Source: an uncultured delta proteobacterium | GTDB taxonomy: Bacteria > Desulfobacterota > Desulfobacteria > Desulfobacterales > B30-G6 | DNA length: 64,000 nucleotides | Reading direction: 5' to 3' | NCBI GenBank assembly: GCA_963823335.1 | Contig: CAWGLD010000007.1 | Location: 224,001 to 288,000, forward strand | Notes under the pieces: model-generated | Seen by the model: only the letters and a program-made list of their open reading frames with translations | What the model was told of the DNA's origin: nothing | Databases searched by the model: none | Program-made: the position numbers and the translations under genes | In this document: one piece after another, positions 29,033-39,667 of the stretch | Numbering within the stretch: position 1 is the first letter of the stretch | Layout: every line of letters starts with the position of its first letter

Positions 29033-29332
29033 ATGATAAAAAGAGAACTACCTCCAACACATCCTGGAGAAATGCTCAGAGAAGATTTCATGCCAGACTT
29101 CGATCTGAGTACTTCTTCAATGGCTAAAGCCTTGGGTGTCTCTCGCCAGACAATTAATGAAATTTTAAGAGAACGACGTTCTATAACACCTTCTATGTCG
29201 TTGAGGCTGTCTCGCCTTTTCGGCAATTCTCCAGAATTCTGGCTTAACGTTCAACATGCTTGGGACTTGTGGAATTCAGAACAGCGTTTCAAAAATGAGC
29301 TTGAACAAATTCAGCCTTTAAATGGCGCTTAG
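29033..29332 (+). CDS. higA: HigA-family addiction module antidote (HTH-XRE)
   Basis: PPTHPGEMLREDF, LGVSRQTINEI...RRSITP.M.LRL.RLFGNSPEFWLN.Q. Confidence 0.92.
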   Translation: MIKRELPPTHPGEMLREDFMPDFDLSTSSMAKALGVSRQTINEILRERRSITPSMSLRLSRLFGNSPEFWLNVQHAWDLWNSEQRFKNELEQIQPLNGA

Positions 29333-29456
29333 TTGTGGAATCACCCAAAGTAGACAATCGAAGCACAGTCAAGGTTTCTCAGATTATGTCAACCAATTGA
29401 TACCAAAGGCAATCCAACCTGGTGTCGGTTCTATCCCTAAAAAAAGGAGATTAAAA

Positions 29457-30425
29457 ATGACAACAAGCGACGTATTCGAAAAAAAGCCCCTTTGGTTGCT
29501 GATAGAGGAAAGCATCCTTGCGATCGATTCAAAGGATCTCGATGGGGGAAAACTGGAGCCATCAATTCAACAGATTGCAGGTGAACTTGACAATGCCGGT
29601 TACAATGTTTCGCGTCACGGAGGAAATTTACTTAAATTGAGATGGGCGGTCGATAAAGCGAAAAAGGTCGGACATCCCCTGTTGAAGGATTTCAACACTG
29701 CAATCGCGGCCTTTACACTGGAGGACTTGGCTGACCCTTATAGAGCAACCAGTAAGCTTCTTGACGACATCGCAGATACGTGGCCGGATCTCAGAAACTC
29801 CGAGGTCAGGGCAGATGTAATTCAGATTGTCGAGAAGACCAAGCTCGACCTGCTGATCGCCAAGGCAAAAGACCTGTCAGGCGATGCAGGTATCCGATTA
29901 CTCATTAAAGAACAGGTGGCTTCCCAGGTCATCACCCGTGCCTTGGAGATTTCCGATGAGAAACTGAAACAGGTGAGGGCTGAGATAAAGAAAGAGCTTG
30001 CCGAAAGGGAAAGAGTAGCGACCCTGCTTGAGGCGGTAGCGGGTAAATCCGATGAAGAAAAGGTCAGACACCTGTTTGAGAAAAACGTCTCCGTAGAAAT
30101 GATGATTGAGATGGCCAAAATTGACCAGGTCGTAATCGATGCCGCCAAACAGGCCATGGAAGAAGAGCTAAAGGAAAAACAAAGGCTGGCAGAAGAGGAA
30201 GCCGCACGGAAAAAGGCGGAGGCAGCAGGGCCGGCCTTGGAAGATATACCTTCGGATGAGTTGATCGGTTACATTGAATCCATCCGCGAGATTATGGAAT
30301 TCAGCGAGGAAGAGAAAGAAATCAGGATTATGTGCGAGCAGAGTTCCATCCCAAAAAGTCTTGTGGATATTGCCGTTTCCGAGCCTGACAAACTGGATGA
30401 ACTTGAGAAAAATGCGGAGGGATAA
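29457..30425 (+). CDS. hypothetical helical/coiled-coil protein
   Basis: RBS aggaga before ATG 29457; long E/K/A-rich ORF. Confidence 0.8.
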   Translation: MTTSDVFEKKPLWLLIEESILAIDSKDLDGGKLEPSIQQIAGELDNAGYNVSRHGGNLLKLRWAVDKAKKVGHPLLKDFNTAIAAFTLEDLADPYRATSKLLDDIADTWPDLRNSEVRADVIQIVEKTKLDLLIAKAKDLSGDAGIRLLIKEQVASQVITRALEISDEKLKQVRAEIKKELAERERVATLLEAVAGKSDEEKVRHLFEKNVSVEMMIEMAKIDQVVIDAAKQAMEEELKEKQRLAEEEAARKKAEAAGPALEDIPSDELIGYIESIREIMEFSEEEKEIRIMCEQSSIPKSLVDIAVSEPDKLDELEKNAEG

Positions 30426-30511
30426 GGGGCCGGTGTTTATATTAAAGGCTGTAAAGAAGACCGTATGTCAGATTGTTCCCGATCAAGAACCGTCCCCCGT
30501 GCTTGATTGAC

Positions 30512-30567
30512 TGAACCGAAAAAGCGAGCTTATTCCCCGTAGCTTGCTGCGGGGTTAGCGAGCGAAT
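30512..30567 (+). repeat. REP-like palindromic element; related copy on the - strand at about 24412-24469
   Basis: tgaaccg...attccccgtagcttgctgcgggg versus tgaaccg...attccccgtgggttctgcctgcgg. Confidence 0.5.
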
Positions 30568-30572
30568 CTAGA

Positions 30573-30746
30573 TTAGAAGCTATCTCAAAAAAGTTTTTTG
30601 GCCCAATTTCTGTGTTGGTCCCTTGCTTCAACTCCTCGGAATACTTGAGTATGCACCCCAAGGGCATTTCCTGCGGGCACCTGCGGGTTGAAGTTCGGGC
30701 CCGCCTTGAACTTGAGCCAAAACCCTTTTTTTGAGATGGCTTCTAA
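30573..30746. mobile_element. MITE-like element (copy 1)
   Basis: 19/20-bp terminal inverted repeats ttagaagcYatctcaaaaaa; no transposase ORF; inverted homolog at 43405-43552. Confidence 0.75.
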
Positions 30747-30823
30747 CAAGACCAGAGATGTTTTCATGCCTTTCCATTACCGGCAACGACCCCGGCAACA
30801 ATTTTAAATTGAAGAAAGATCTT

Positions 30824-31813
30824 ATGAAATACGATGCGATTCTGGTCGCGGGAGAGAGTAAAGGCAGTTACACTGTCTGTAACCAGTACAAGGCTTTGCT
30901 CAAACTGAACGATCGGTATTGTATTGAATACGTGATTGAAGCTCTCCAGAAAGCATCTTCCATCGGGGATATCTATATCGTCGGGCTCAGAAAAAGACTG
31001 ATGGAGGCCCTGGCAAAAACCCGGATCGATTTAAACCAACCCAAGAAAATCCATATCCTCGAACAAAAATCCACTTTGCTGGAGAATGTCTGGCACGCGT
31101 TTCTCGAATCGCTGCCACCGTTGCATGGCCGGAAAGATTCAGCGCTTGCGGCCTTCGTCGACAAGGCCGTTTTAGTGGTACCCTGCGATTCACCATTGAT
31201 CACGGCACATGAAGTGGAGCACTTTATCGCGAATTGCGATTTGAACCGCCATGACTATATACTTGGCCTGACCCCTGAAAAATGCATGCAGTATTTTTAC
31301 CCTACTGAGCATAGACCCGGTATAAAAATGGCCTATCTGCACATGCGGGAAAAGAATTATCGAATCAACAACCTGCACATGGTCCGGCCGGCAAAGGTCG
31401 AACATCGAATTCACATCAACAAGATGTATGAATACCGCTACCAGAAACAGGTCTTCAACATGATCCTGTTGACCATTTACCTCCTTCGATTTCAGAGACT
31501 CAGGAATTTCAGCCTTCTCCTGGGTCTGCAATTCTCCCTCATGTCCGCCAAGCTTGGCCTACCAAGGATCACGGCCATATTCAAACGCTGGGTTCCTCGA
31601 AAGGATTTGGAAAAAGCCATCTCGCATATTCTGAATACACGCTTTACAAGCCAGGAAATTCAATTTCCCGGCGCAGCTCTGGATATTGACAACGATGCGA
31701 GTTATAAAGCCCTGGAAAGCGAGTTTGAGCATTGGCGATCACACCTGGCTGATCTGAAGCGAAACAGCGAGCACATTCCCCCTGGCTTGTCGGGGCGAAC
31801 AGAAAATCTTTGA
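30824..31813 (+). CDS. MobA-like nucleotidyltransferase family protein
   Basis: DAILVAG...KALL.L....IEYVIEAL, VPCDSPLI, LDIDN. Confidence 0.8.
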   Translation: MKYDAILVAGESKGSYTVCNQYKALLKLNDRYCIEYVIEALQKASSIGDIYIVGLRKRLMEALAKTRIDLNQPKKIHILEQKSTLLENVWHAFLESLPPLHGRKDSALAAFVDKAVLVVPCDSPLITAHEVEHFIANCDLNRHDYILGLTPEKCMQYFYPTEHRPGIKMAYLHMREKNYRINNLHMVRPAKVEHRIHINKMYEYRYQKQVFNMILLTIYLLRFQRLRNFSLLLGLQFSLMSAKLGLPRITAIFKRWVPRKDLEKAISHILNTRFTSQEIQFPGAALDIDNDASYKALESEFEHWRSHLADLKRNSEHIPPGLSGRTENL

Positions 31814-31874
31814 TTAGAAGCAATATCGCAAGCGCGTTTTCACTTTTGTGGAAAATGCGTGCTCCATATCCGTT

Positions 31875-32918
31875 TCAGGGTTCATCTCCCTCCAATGCTT
31901 CCATGTCCAGAAGTGCCGAATCGATGTCCCCCCGACCACCTGCCTCATACAGCTGCACAAGACTCTGGCGCATTCTGCGGCTGAAAAAATCCAACTCCCC
32001 CAGTGCCGATGGCGCCAGCGGGACCGACGATTGCCGGGCCAGCATATCAGCATAATTGATCAGTTTTTTTCCGAACACAATATAGAAATTGTAATTGTAA
32101 GGACCGGGAGCCGATGAATCCGTGGGGTCTTCCAGCCAGCCAGCCAGTTCCTGGATCGGTTCTATAAATACTTCCCCGAGACGATCAAGAACCTGTGCCG
32201 CTTCCTGTGGATATATACCGGCGCCCATGGCGGACATGGCCTGCTGCAAAGCATCGGTTATCGCCGATTCCCTGGCGAATGGTTCTAGATTGAATTTCAA
32301 ATCATAAAGATCATAGGAAGGATCCTCTTGAATCCGCTGTTGCCGGTATTGGATTTCGTCATGAAACAACCGCACATCCCTGATAAGTACTTTGTACAGA
32401 TTCAAGGTGTTTTCCATTTCCAGAAAGGTTTTCCTGTTCCTTTCATCTTCAAAATTTAAATACTGACTATCCACCACGGCAGGCTCGACAGTATCCTCCA
32501 GGATATCCTGATAGTGTGACTGGTGGTATTCATCCCAGCGATTTTTTTCTGCCAGCAATGCGCGATAAATCTGCTGGTTTAAAAAAGATTCGTTTTCCAG
32601 GCGCTCCAGGAGATCCTGGGAATGGTTGACTCCTGATTGCCGGGGCTGCCTGGCGGCTTCATTCAACATTGAAAATTGAATGATCCGGCCAACCAGATCT
32701 TTTTTCAGACGCTGGTTCTGTTTTAACAAGCCCTTGATCTCTTCTGTAAGCTCGTCCTTCTCGGTTTTAAGGGTTGTATTGGCTGTCAGCAGATCAGATA
32801 GAATATAGGACCGTAGCATGACCAGCAGGTCTCCTTTGACCACAGAATAAATAACGATTGTGAGTACAATCAGGACCAAAAAAGACCAAGAAGCAACTGT
32901 TCTAGACAGGCTTGCCAT
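31875..32918 (-). CDS. membrane-anchored coiled-coil hypothetical protein
   Basis: N-terminal TM helix followed by a heptad-rich region; RBS aggggg. Confidence 0.75.
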   Translation of the reverse strand: MASLSRTVASWSFLVLIVLTIVIYSVVKGDLLVMLRSYILSDLLTANTTLKTEKDELTEEIKGLLKQNQRLKKDLVGRIIQFSMLNEAARQPRQSGVNHSQDLLERLENESFLNQQIYRALLAEKNRWDEYHQSHYQDILEDTVEPAVVDSQYLNFEDERNRKTFLEMENTLNLYKVLIRDVRLFHDEIQYRQQRIQEDPSYDLYDLKFNLEPFARESAITDALQQAMSAMGAGIYPQEAAQVLDRLGEVFIEPIQELAGWLEDPTDSSAPGPYNYNFYIVFGKKLINYADMLARQSSVPLAPSALGELDFFSRRMRQSLVQLYEAGGRGDIDSALLDMEALEGDEP

Positions 32919-33121
32919 GATGAGCCCCCTGGTGAAACTGGATGTTGAGTTTTGTAATTGAATTATAACCTGCCAGTCCATATAGGGTCAAGCGTCATGA
33001 TCCATCTTGCCCAAATTCATGGACATGGCTATCCCGATGTGTTATGAAAATCCTCCGGCTCAAAGCCGTTGCAGTGTTAACGGGTGCACCATACATCATC
33101 TACTTCAGGAGACTTATTGGC

Positions 33122-33952
33122 ATGACAAGATGGTTAGGTATCTGGGCTTTGTCGATCCTTCTTTTCTGGGACATCTCCACTGGCTGGGCCCTCAGTTTGA
33201 ACCTTCCGGAAACTGCCTACCAGGGGGATATGGTCGTGGGCAGGTCTGACCCGGCAGCCGAAGTCTGGTTCAATAAAGAGCGTCAGGCAGTGGGTCCACA
33301 AGGTTATTTTGTCCTGCCGGTCCCGCGCGGCCAGAAAACAGATTTTCGGGTAACCGTAAAACATGAGACCGAAACTTTGTCGCGCATCATCCGCATACTG
33401 GCCTACCCCTGGCGTACTCAAAAGATCGAGGGCCTGCCTCAAAAGTATGTCAGCCCCCCTCCCGAACAGCAGAAAAGAGTCGTATCGGACAACCGCAAGG
33501 TCCAAAACGTACGAAGCGACCATCCTTACCCCGTCCCATTCTTCATCCGCAAAGGGTTTATCAGACCCGTCAACGGAAGCGTGACCAGCCCCTTTGGCCT
33601 GAAAAGAGTTTTGAACGGCAAACCCAAGAACTTCCATTCAGGCCTCGACATTGCAGCACCTCTTGGCCACCCTGTGCGTTGCCCGGCTGACGGAATTGTC
33701 AGACTGGTCGATTTGGACATGTTTTTAATGGGAAAAGCCCTGATAATCGATCACGGCCTGGGCGTCACTTCCATTTTTATTCACCTGGATTCCATAACGG
33801 TTAACACCGGAGAATTGGTCAGGCAAGGGGAACTCATTGCACGCGTGGGAAAGACAGGCCGGGCAACAGGTCCCCATCTCCATTGGGGTGTCAGTGCCAG
33901 CCGGACACCCCTGGACCCCCTGCGGCTGATTGACCGTCAATTCCTTTACTGA
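33122..33952 (+). CDS. M23 family metallopeptidase
   Basis: Signal peptide; HSGLD (HxxxD) and TGPHLHW (HxH). Confidence 0.92.
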   Translation: MTRWLGIWALSILLFWDISTGWALSLNLPETAYQGDMVVGRSDPAAEVWFNKERQAVGPQGYFVLPVPRGQKTDFRVTVKHETETLSRIIRILAYPWRTQKIEGLPQKYVSPPPEQQKRVVSDNRKVQNVRSDHPYPVPFFIRKGFIRPVNGSVTSPFGLKRVLNGKPKNFHSGLDIAAPLGHPVRCPADGIVRLVDLDMFLMGKALIIDHGLGVTSIFIHLDSITVNTGELVRQGELIARVGKTGRATGPHLHWGVSASRTPLDPLRLIDRQFLY

Positions 33953-34041
33953 GTTCCAACCTGCGGAGCGAGTGGCTCAAGAATCTCCCTCCAAGAAAAA
34001 CTAGCTTCCCACAGAATAACATTGCATGGTATATAACCATC

Positions 34042-34356
34042 ATGCCTGTATACGAATATGAACATATAGAACATTCCTGTACCATGGGTCGGATATTTGA
34101 AGTCACCCAGCGTCTGGAAGAGCGCCCCCTCAGCAATTGCCCTCGATGCGGCCGGCCCATAAAAAAACTGATCTCGCTTGTGGGCGTCAGTACGCCCAAG
34201 ACCAACAGCGAACTCAGGGATCTGGGGTTTACAAAACTGGTCAAGCGAGATGACGGTATCTATGAAAACGTTACCGCCAGAAATGGGGATAGCCGCTATA
34301 TGGAGCGGGGAAAGCCGGAAACAGTGCCGAATGTTGCCAATGTTAAAACCGATTAG
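34042..34356 (+). CDS. FmdB-family zinc-ribbon protein
   Basis: MPVYEY...C...FE..Q......L..CP.CG....KLIS. Confidence 0.85.
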   Translation: MPVYEYEHIEHSCTMGRIFEVTQRLEERPLSNCPRCGRPIKKLISLVGVSTPKTNSELRDLGFTKLVKRDDGIYENVTARNGDSRYMERGKPETVPNVANVKTD

Positions 34357-34400
34357 TCTCTTAACTGAAATATTTGTGTCCGTTGTGCCCAAAAAAAGCA

Positions 34401-34480
34401 ATCACGAAAACACGAAATCTGAAAAACACGTAATTTTTAATAACCTTTTTCGTGGTTTCGACCTTTCGTGATTTCGTGAT
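34401..34480. repeat. long imperfect palindrome built from CACGAAA units
   Basis: atcacgaaaacacgaaa ... tttcgtgatttcgtgat. Confidence 0.65.
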
Positions 34481-34550
34481 AAATGCAATAAGCGGTTGAC
34501 TGCTTAAAGCTTACCGCTTATGGCTTACAGCTTGTCAAGGAGACCCCACC

Positions 34551-35342
34551 ATGGCGGATTTGATGCGCCAGGTCGAAGAAGTTGCCAGCCTCATCACAGA
34601 TGCAGAACGCGTGCTAGTGTTCACCGGTGCCGGTGTCAGCACGGAATCCGGGATTCCCGATTTCAGGGGAACAGATGGTATCTGGCAGAAATACGACCCC
34701 GAAGATTTTACCATTCAGAAATTCCTGTCCGATAAGCAGGTCAGAAAGACCCAGTGGCAACTGCTCTCCAACGGCGACCTTGCCATGTCAAAGGTTCAGC
34801 CCAATCCAACCCATTACGCCATCACCGAACTGGAAAACATGGGAAAACTCTATGGGGTCGTCACCCAGAATGTGGACGGCCTCCATCAAAAAGCCGGTGT
34901 ATCCCAGGAAAAGGTATTTCAACTTCACGGCGACCTGAGTCACGCCGTCTGTCTGGGATGTGGACGCCGGTATCCCATGGACATGGTTGCCGAATGGTTA
35001 AACCAGGGCATGGAAGACCCCGCATGCCATTTATGCATGGGCATGCTGAAGCCGGATGCCGTTCTGTTTGGTGAACAGCTGCCAATCAAAGTTCTTCTGG
35101 AATCTGAACGCCGCTCCAGGAAATGCGACGTCTGCATGGTGCTGGGGTCAACCCTGTCGGTATACCCGGCCTGTCTCATCCCTCAATATGCTGCCCAGGC
35201 AGGTGCCACCCTGGTAATCATCAACATGGGCCCCACCGAACTGGACCATCTGGCACATATCCGAATCGAGGGTAAAACCGGTGATGTCACCACGGAGATC
35301 GTCCGTCTTGTCAAGGCAAACTTGGGGGGCAAACATGATTGA
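34551..35342 (+). CDS. cobB: Sir2-family NAD-dependent protein deacylase
   Basis: TGAGVSTESGIPDFRG, TQNVDGLHQKAG, HG, two CxxC pairs, LKP..V.FGE, GS.L.VYPA. Confidence 0.93.
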   Translation: MADLMRQVEEVASLITDAERVLVFTGAGVSTESGIPDFRGTDGIWQKYDPEDFTIQKFLSDKQVRKTQWQLLSNGDLAMSKVQPNPTHYAITELENMGKLYGVVTQNVDGLHQKAGVSQEKVFQLHGDLSHAVCLGCGRRYPMDMVAEWLNQGMEDPACHLCMGMLKPDAVLFGEQLPIKVLLESERRSRKCDVCMVLGSTLSVYPACLIPQYAAQAGATLVIINMGPTELDHLAHIRIEGKTGDVTTEIVRLVKANLGGKHD

Positions 35343-35664
35343 ACGCAGAAAGCATCCACGTACAAAAATCCACTGTCGTGTCTTTTTCGAATGTAGCGAT
35401 GCGCATGGCCAAGAGGTCTCACAGGACATGGGCGTGGCCCTCGACATCAGCGAAAAGGGCATGCTCCTCGAAACCAGCGTCCCCATTCACGCCTCCACCA
35501 TCAAGGTGATGCTGCCGGTCAAAGAAAAAGATGTCATGGAAGTCATGGGAAATATCATATATTCCATACCCATGCCTGACAACCGCTACCACAACGGTAT
35601 CATATTCCATGAGGCAGTAGATGACCTGGCCGGGTTGGTTGAAACACTTAGCCGTAGGCAGTAA
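35335..35664 (+). CDS. PilZ domain protein
   Basis: ERRKHPR (RxxxR) and DISEKG (DxSxxG). Confidence 0.85.
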   Translation: MIERRKHPRTKIHCRVFFECSDAHGQEVSQDMGVALDISEKGMLLETSVPIHASTIKVMLPVKEKDVMEVMGNIIYSIPMPDNRYHNGIIFHEAVDDLAGLVETLSRRQ

Positions 35665-35683
35665 GCCGTAAACCGCTTAGCGC

Positions 35684-38107
35684 TTACGGCTTATTGCTTA
35701 CCGCTTTATTCGCCAATACCATGAGAGCGGGCGCTATAAAATAGTCCGAAAGAAGAGCCAGGACGATGGTGAGCCCTGTGAGAAATCCAAAATTGAAAAT
35801 ATTTTTCATGTCGGCAAACATAAATATGAAAAACCCAATGGACAGAACGACCGTCGTCACCAGCATGGCTCTACCGGTGGTGTGAAGTGTTTCCTGAACA
35901 GCCCAGACAGGGTCCCCTTTCTCTTCGTAGTATCGCCTGAAATTGTGCATGAAGTGGATGGTATCGTCCACGGCCAGTCCGATGGCAATGCTCCCCACCA
36001 TCATCGTGAAAGCATCCATGGGGAATGAGAGTGCTCCCATAACACCCAGCATGACAAGAATCGGTGTGATGTTGGGGATCATGCTCAGAAGACCGATGCG
36101 GAGGCCTCCGATCAGCAGTATCATCAGCAGGGTAATGATGACAAATGCGATGACATAGCTCATGGCCATGCTGACCATAACATTCGAGAGCGTTCTGAAC
36201 AGCAGTGGCATCATACCGGTAATCTGAAGCGTAACATCCTGAAAAACTTCATCAAAATAGCTGCCGACGTCCATCATGAGCTGCTGGTATTTAAGGGCGT
36301 CTGTAAAAGGTGCTTTGACCGTAAATCTGGCTATGGAAAACTGGCTGTCCACCATATCTTCGAGATCATCTGACCCGCTGTTTTCAAATAGAAGATATTC
36401 CTGGGCGATAACGTCACGGTTCTGCGGTATACGGTAATAGGCAGCCTGATTTTCATTCAAGGCCTGGTTGATCTCTTTCAGGATTGCCGTCAAAGACCAG
36501 GCCTTTCCGGCAAACACTTCCCCATAATCAAGAGTTTCAATATGTGTTGCCGCCTTTTCCAAGCGGTTGAGAATCAGGGGGTCATACAGACCGTTTTCCT
36601 TCCCGGTATCGATGATGATCTCCAGGTTGACAGTTCCCCGCATTTTCCGGTCAATCTGTTCTGTTGCCACTCTGACGATATTGTTCTCCGGGAACCAGCG
36701 CAACACGTCGTGTCCGAATCGTATCCTGAATATCATGGGAATCGACACCGCCAGGACCAGGCACGCAATCACCAGGATCAAAACCGGTCTCTGGGTTGAA
36801 AAACGAGCCACCCACTGTAGACTTCGGTCCATGATTGCCGGTTCGCTCCCGCCGGCGAGGGGGCGGCGTTGTTTCAAGGGCAGGGCCGCCAGCAGTGCCG
36901 GCAGCAACACCAGTGTGTAGACAAGGGCGATCACGACTCCGAAACTGGCGTACAGCCCGATGTCCGCAATAGGAGCAATTTGGGAAGTGGAAAAGGAGAG
37001 CAGGCCTGCGGCGGTGGTAATGTGGGTCATAATGCACGCCAGCCCTGAGTGACCAAGGGCATAGGCAATGGAAGTTTCTTTGTCTCCCGTTGCCTGAAAA
37101 CGGTGAAAAAAGATAGCCAGGATGTGTACTGAGGCCCCCACACAAACAGCCAGCAGAAACGATGGCAGAATCTGGGTCGGAAGCTTGATGGGTGTTCCAA
37201 GAAACGCCATCAGACCGAGGGTTGAGATGAGAGAACAGACCACAACCATCAACGGCAGGACAACACCCGATATCCGGCGAAACATGACAAACAGAAAAAC
37301 AGCAATGGTCATCACCGCCAGCATCACGAATTTCCGCATATCCCGCATCATGGAGGCTTTGAGACTGTGGGTGACGGCGGGTGACCCGGCTAGATACATC
37401 CTGGTGTCATCCCGGGCATGTTTTTCCATAACAGACTGAATGGCCATGATGACGGCGCTGTTTTCTTCATTGCTCAGATAGGCACTGGTGACGGACTGCG
37501 GGTCTGTACTCCCCATATCATCATCACCCGCTTCAAATCCTGCCAGCACATCTGTTTCTTTGCCAATACTCGAATAGTTCTGGGTCTTGATGACCATGGC
37601 AGTGGTGCCGCCGTCTTCAGAAATGAGAAGATTTTTGTACATGGGGTTGCTGACAACACGTTGTTTGAGCGACGCCATGGCAGTATCGTCGGTTGGAAAT
37701 GTCTCCAGCAGATCCTCGACAATGAGTTCGTCATCGTTACCCCGGGTATTGCGGGCATTGATCATGCTGGTAACATCTTCGAGATAGGGGACGTTTTCCT
37801 CGATATCCTCGTGCAGGGTTTTCAACCATGTGAAGAAATCCGTGTTGAATACCTGCGGTGGTTCAATGGCGATGATGACCACTTCGTCACGACCGAACTG
37901 ATCACGGAAAGCATTGTACGTCAGAATAGAGGGGTCCTTTTTATGAAGAAATCCCTCCGTTGAAAAATCGAGGGTAATCTTGGGAACCTGCGATGCAAAG
38001 GCAACCACGATCACCATCACACAAAATATCGACAGGAGTCGATGCCTGAAAGTCGTGTGGGCCAGTTTTTCTAAACTGTTTTCCAGTCGATTTCTGATAC
38101 CTGCCAT
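35684..38107 (-). CDS. MMPL/RND family transporter
   Basis: Two repeats of TM, periplasmic loop and TM bundle; GLAVDDTIH. Confidence 0.9.
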   Translation of the reverse strand: MAGIRNRLENSLEKLAHTTFRHRLLSIFCVMVIVVAFASQVPKITLDFSTEGFLHKKDPSILTYNAFRDQFGRDEVVIIAIEPPQVFNTDFFTWLKTLHEDIEENVPYLEDVTSMINARNTRGNDDELIVEDLLETFPTDDTAMASLKQRVVSNPMYKNLLISEDGGTTAMVIKTQNYSSIGKETDVLAGFEAGDDDMGSTDPQSVTSAYLSNEENSAVIMAIQSVMEKHARDDTRMYLAGSPAVTHSLKASMMRDMRKFVMLAVMTIAVFLFVMFRRISGVVLPLMVVVCSLISTLGLMAFLGTPIKLPTQILPSFLLAVCVGASVHILAIFFHRFQATGDKETSIAYALGHSGLACIMTHITTAAGLLSFSTSQIAPIADIGLYASFGVVIALVYTLVLLPALLAALPLKQRRPLAGGSEPAIMDRSLQWVARFSTQRPVLILVIACLVLAVSIPMIFRIRFGHDVLRWFPENNIVRVATEQIDRKMRGTVNLEIIIDTGKENGLYDPLILNRLEKAATHIETLDYGEVFAGKAWSLTAILKEINQALNENQAAYYRIPQNRDVIAQEYLLFENSGSDDLEDMVDSQFSIARFTVKAPFTDALKYQQLMMDVGSYFDEVFQDVTLQITGMMPLLFRTLSNVMVSMAMSYVIAFVIITLLMILLIGGLRIGLLSMIPNITPILVMLGVMGALSFPMDAFTMMVGSIAIGLAVDDTIHFMHNFRRYYEEKGDPVWAVQETLHTTGRAMLVTTVVLSIGFFIFMFADMKNIFNFGFLTGLTIVLALLSDYFIAPALMVLANKAVSNKP

Positions 38108-38310
38108 TTTCAGCTGTTCCCCCTGTTTTCGGCTGCTTTATCAAGGTGTTTCTTATCATAAAATATCGCTTATTCAAAGAAAAACAGCGGAGCAATAAGC
38201 AGTAAGCTCTATGCTTTAAGCCGCTTATAGCTTAAAGCTATGCCTATGCGTGATCTAAAATTGCAGGCTATCTACAAGACTGGTTCCTGCTTTTCATATG
38301 ACAAAAAAAT

Positions 38311-38354
38311 ACCCGGCAGAATTTCACCGGATCAGGTGGTGAATTTCTGCCGGG
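38311..38354 (-). terminator. terminator downstream of serC
   Basis: cccggcagaatttcacc...ggtgaatttctgccggg hairpin, with a U-tract on the - strand. Confidence 0.7.
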
Positions 38355-38372
38355 CCACGACTTGTGGGATCT

Positions 38373-39458
38373 TTATCCTTTTTTCCGCTCAAAGGCCTTC
38401 ATAAAATCACAGAGAGCCTGGACCGCCGCCAGGGGTGTTGGATTGTATATGGATGCCCGGCACCCACCCACCGAACGGTGCCCCTTCAGTCCGCCGAGCC
38501 GGTTTTCAAGGGCCTCTGCGACGAAGGTCTTTTCCAGATCTTCGTCTGGAAGACGAAAGGTCACGTTCATTGTGGAACGACTGTCCAGCGCTGTCGTCCC
38601 GCGGTAAAAATCACTTTCATCGATGGTCTTGTACAACAAGGCTGCCTTTTCCCGGTTGGTCTGGGCCATTTTTTCGAGTCCGCCAACTGTCTCTTCGATC
38701 CATTTCAGGACCAGCTGCACCGTATAAATTGCAAAACAGGGTGGGGTGTTGAACATGGAGTTCTTTGCTGCAAAGGTCGAATATCTCAAGATGGTGGGTA
38801 TGGATTCCGGTACCATTTTAAGAAAATCATCCCGTATAACCACGACGCAGACACCGGCGGGCCCCATATTTTTCTGGGCGCCGGCATAAAACATGCCGAA
38901 TTTACCGGCATCGAATGAACGGCTGAGGATGTCGGATGACATATCTGCGATCAGCGGCACACCGCCGGTATCCGGGAACTCCGCCCACTGGGTCCCCTTG
39001 ATGGTGTTGTTGGAAGTAATATGCGCGTACACGGCGTCCGGATTGAAAGAAATGTCCCTGGGTATATAGGAAAAGTTCTTGTCCTCTGAAGAGGCCACCA
39101 CACGGATGGGCTTGCCCTGAATCTCGGCCTCCTTGATGGCCTTGGTAGACCAGGTACCGGTATTGACATAATCGGCAGCCCCCCCCTGAGACAGAAAATT
39201 CATGGGCACCATGCAGAATTGCTGACTGGCGCCCCCTTGCAGAAAGAGCACATGAAAGGTTTCGTCCAGGTTCAAGAGACGCTTGATTCTCTCCACGGCA
39301 TCATTGATGACATCATCGAACCATTTTGACCGGTGACTCACCTCGGTAATGGACATACCCGACCCCTTGAAATCCAGAAAAGAGGCCTGTATTTCTTCCA
39401 GCACACTGATCGGTAACGCTGCAGGCCCTGCGTTGAAATTGTAAATCCTGTTTGTCAT
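38373..39458 (-). CDS. serC: phosphoserine aminotransferase
   Basis: NFNAGPA.LP, SHRS, QGGA, TGTWS, NNTI.GT, DMSSD, AGAQKN.G, NTPP, GHRSVGG.RAS. Confidence 0.96.
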   Translation of the reverse strand: MTNRIYNFNAGPAALPISVLEEIQASFLDFKGSGMSITEVSHRSKWFDDVINDAVERIKRLLNLDETFHVLFLQGGASQQFCMVPMNFLSQGGAADYVNTGTWSTKAIKEAEIQGKPIRVVASSEDKNFSYIPRDISFNPDAVYAHITSNNTIKGTQWAEFPDTGGVPLIADMSSDILSRSFDAGKFGMFYAGAQKNMGPAGVCVVVIRDDFLKMVPESIPTILRYSTFAAKNSMFNTPPCFAIYTVQLVLKWIEETVGGLEKMAQTNREKAALLYKTIDESDFYRGTTALDSRSTMNVTFRLPDEDLEKTFVAEALENRLGGLKGHRSVGGCRASIYNPTPLAAVQALCDFMKAFERKKG

Positions 39459-39603
39459 GCGTGTTTCCTCCGTTTTTTTGCACCGGCACAAGGCTTTAGT
39501 GTTTCTTAATAGACTGGCGCTTATTAGCACAGAATTGAATCCATATGTCAATACAATCATGTTACCAGATTGTTGTTTCCAACTCAATGCCGTTAACTTA
39601 CTG

Positions 39604-39667
39604 ATGTAGCGCAGAGCTTCAGCTCTGCTTGCTCACGTCTTGGCAGGTCTAAAGACTTGCGCTACAT
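39604..39667. repeat. REP-like palindrome pair
   Basis: atgtagcgcagagcttcagctctgc ... gcaggtctaaagacttgcgctacat. Confidence 0.65.
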
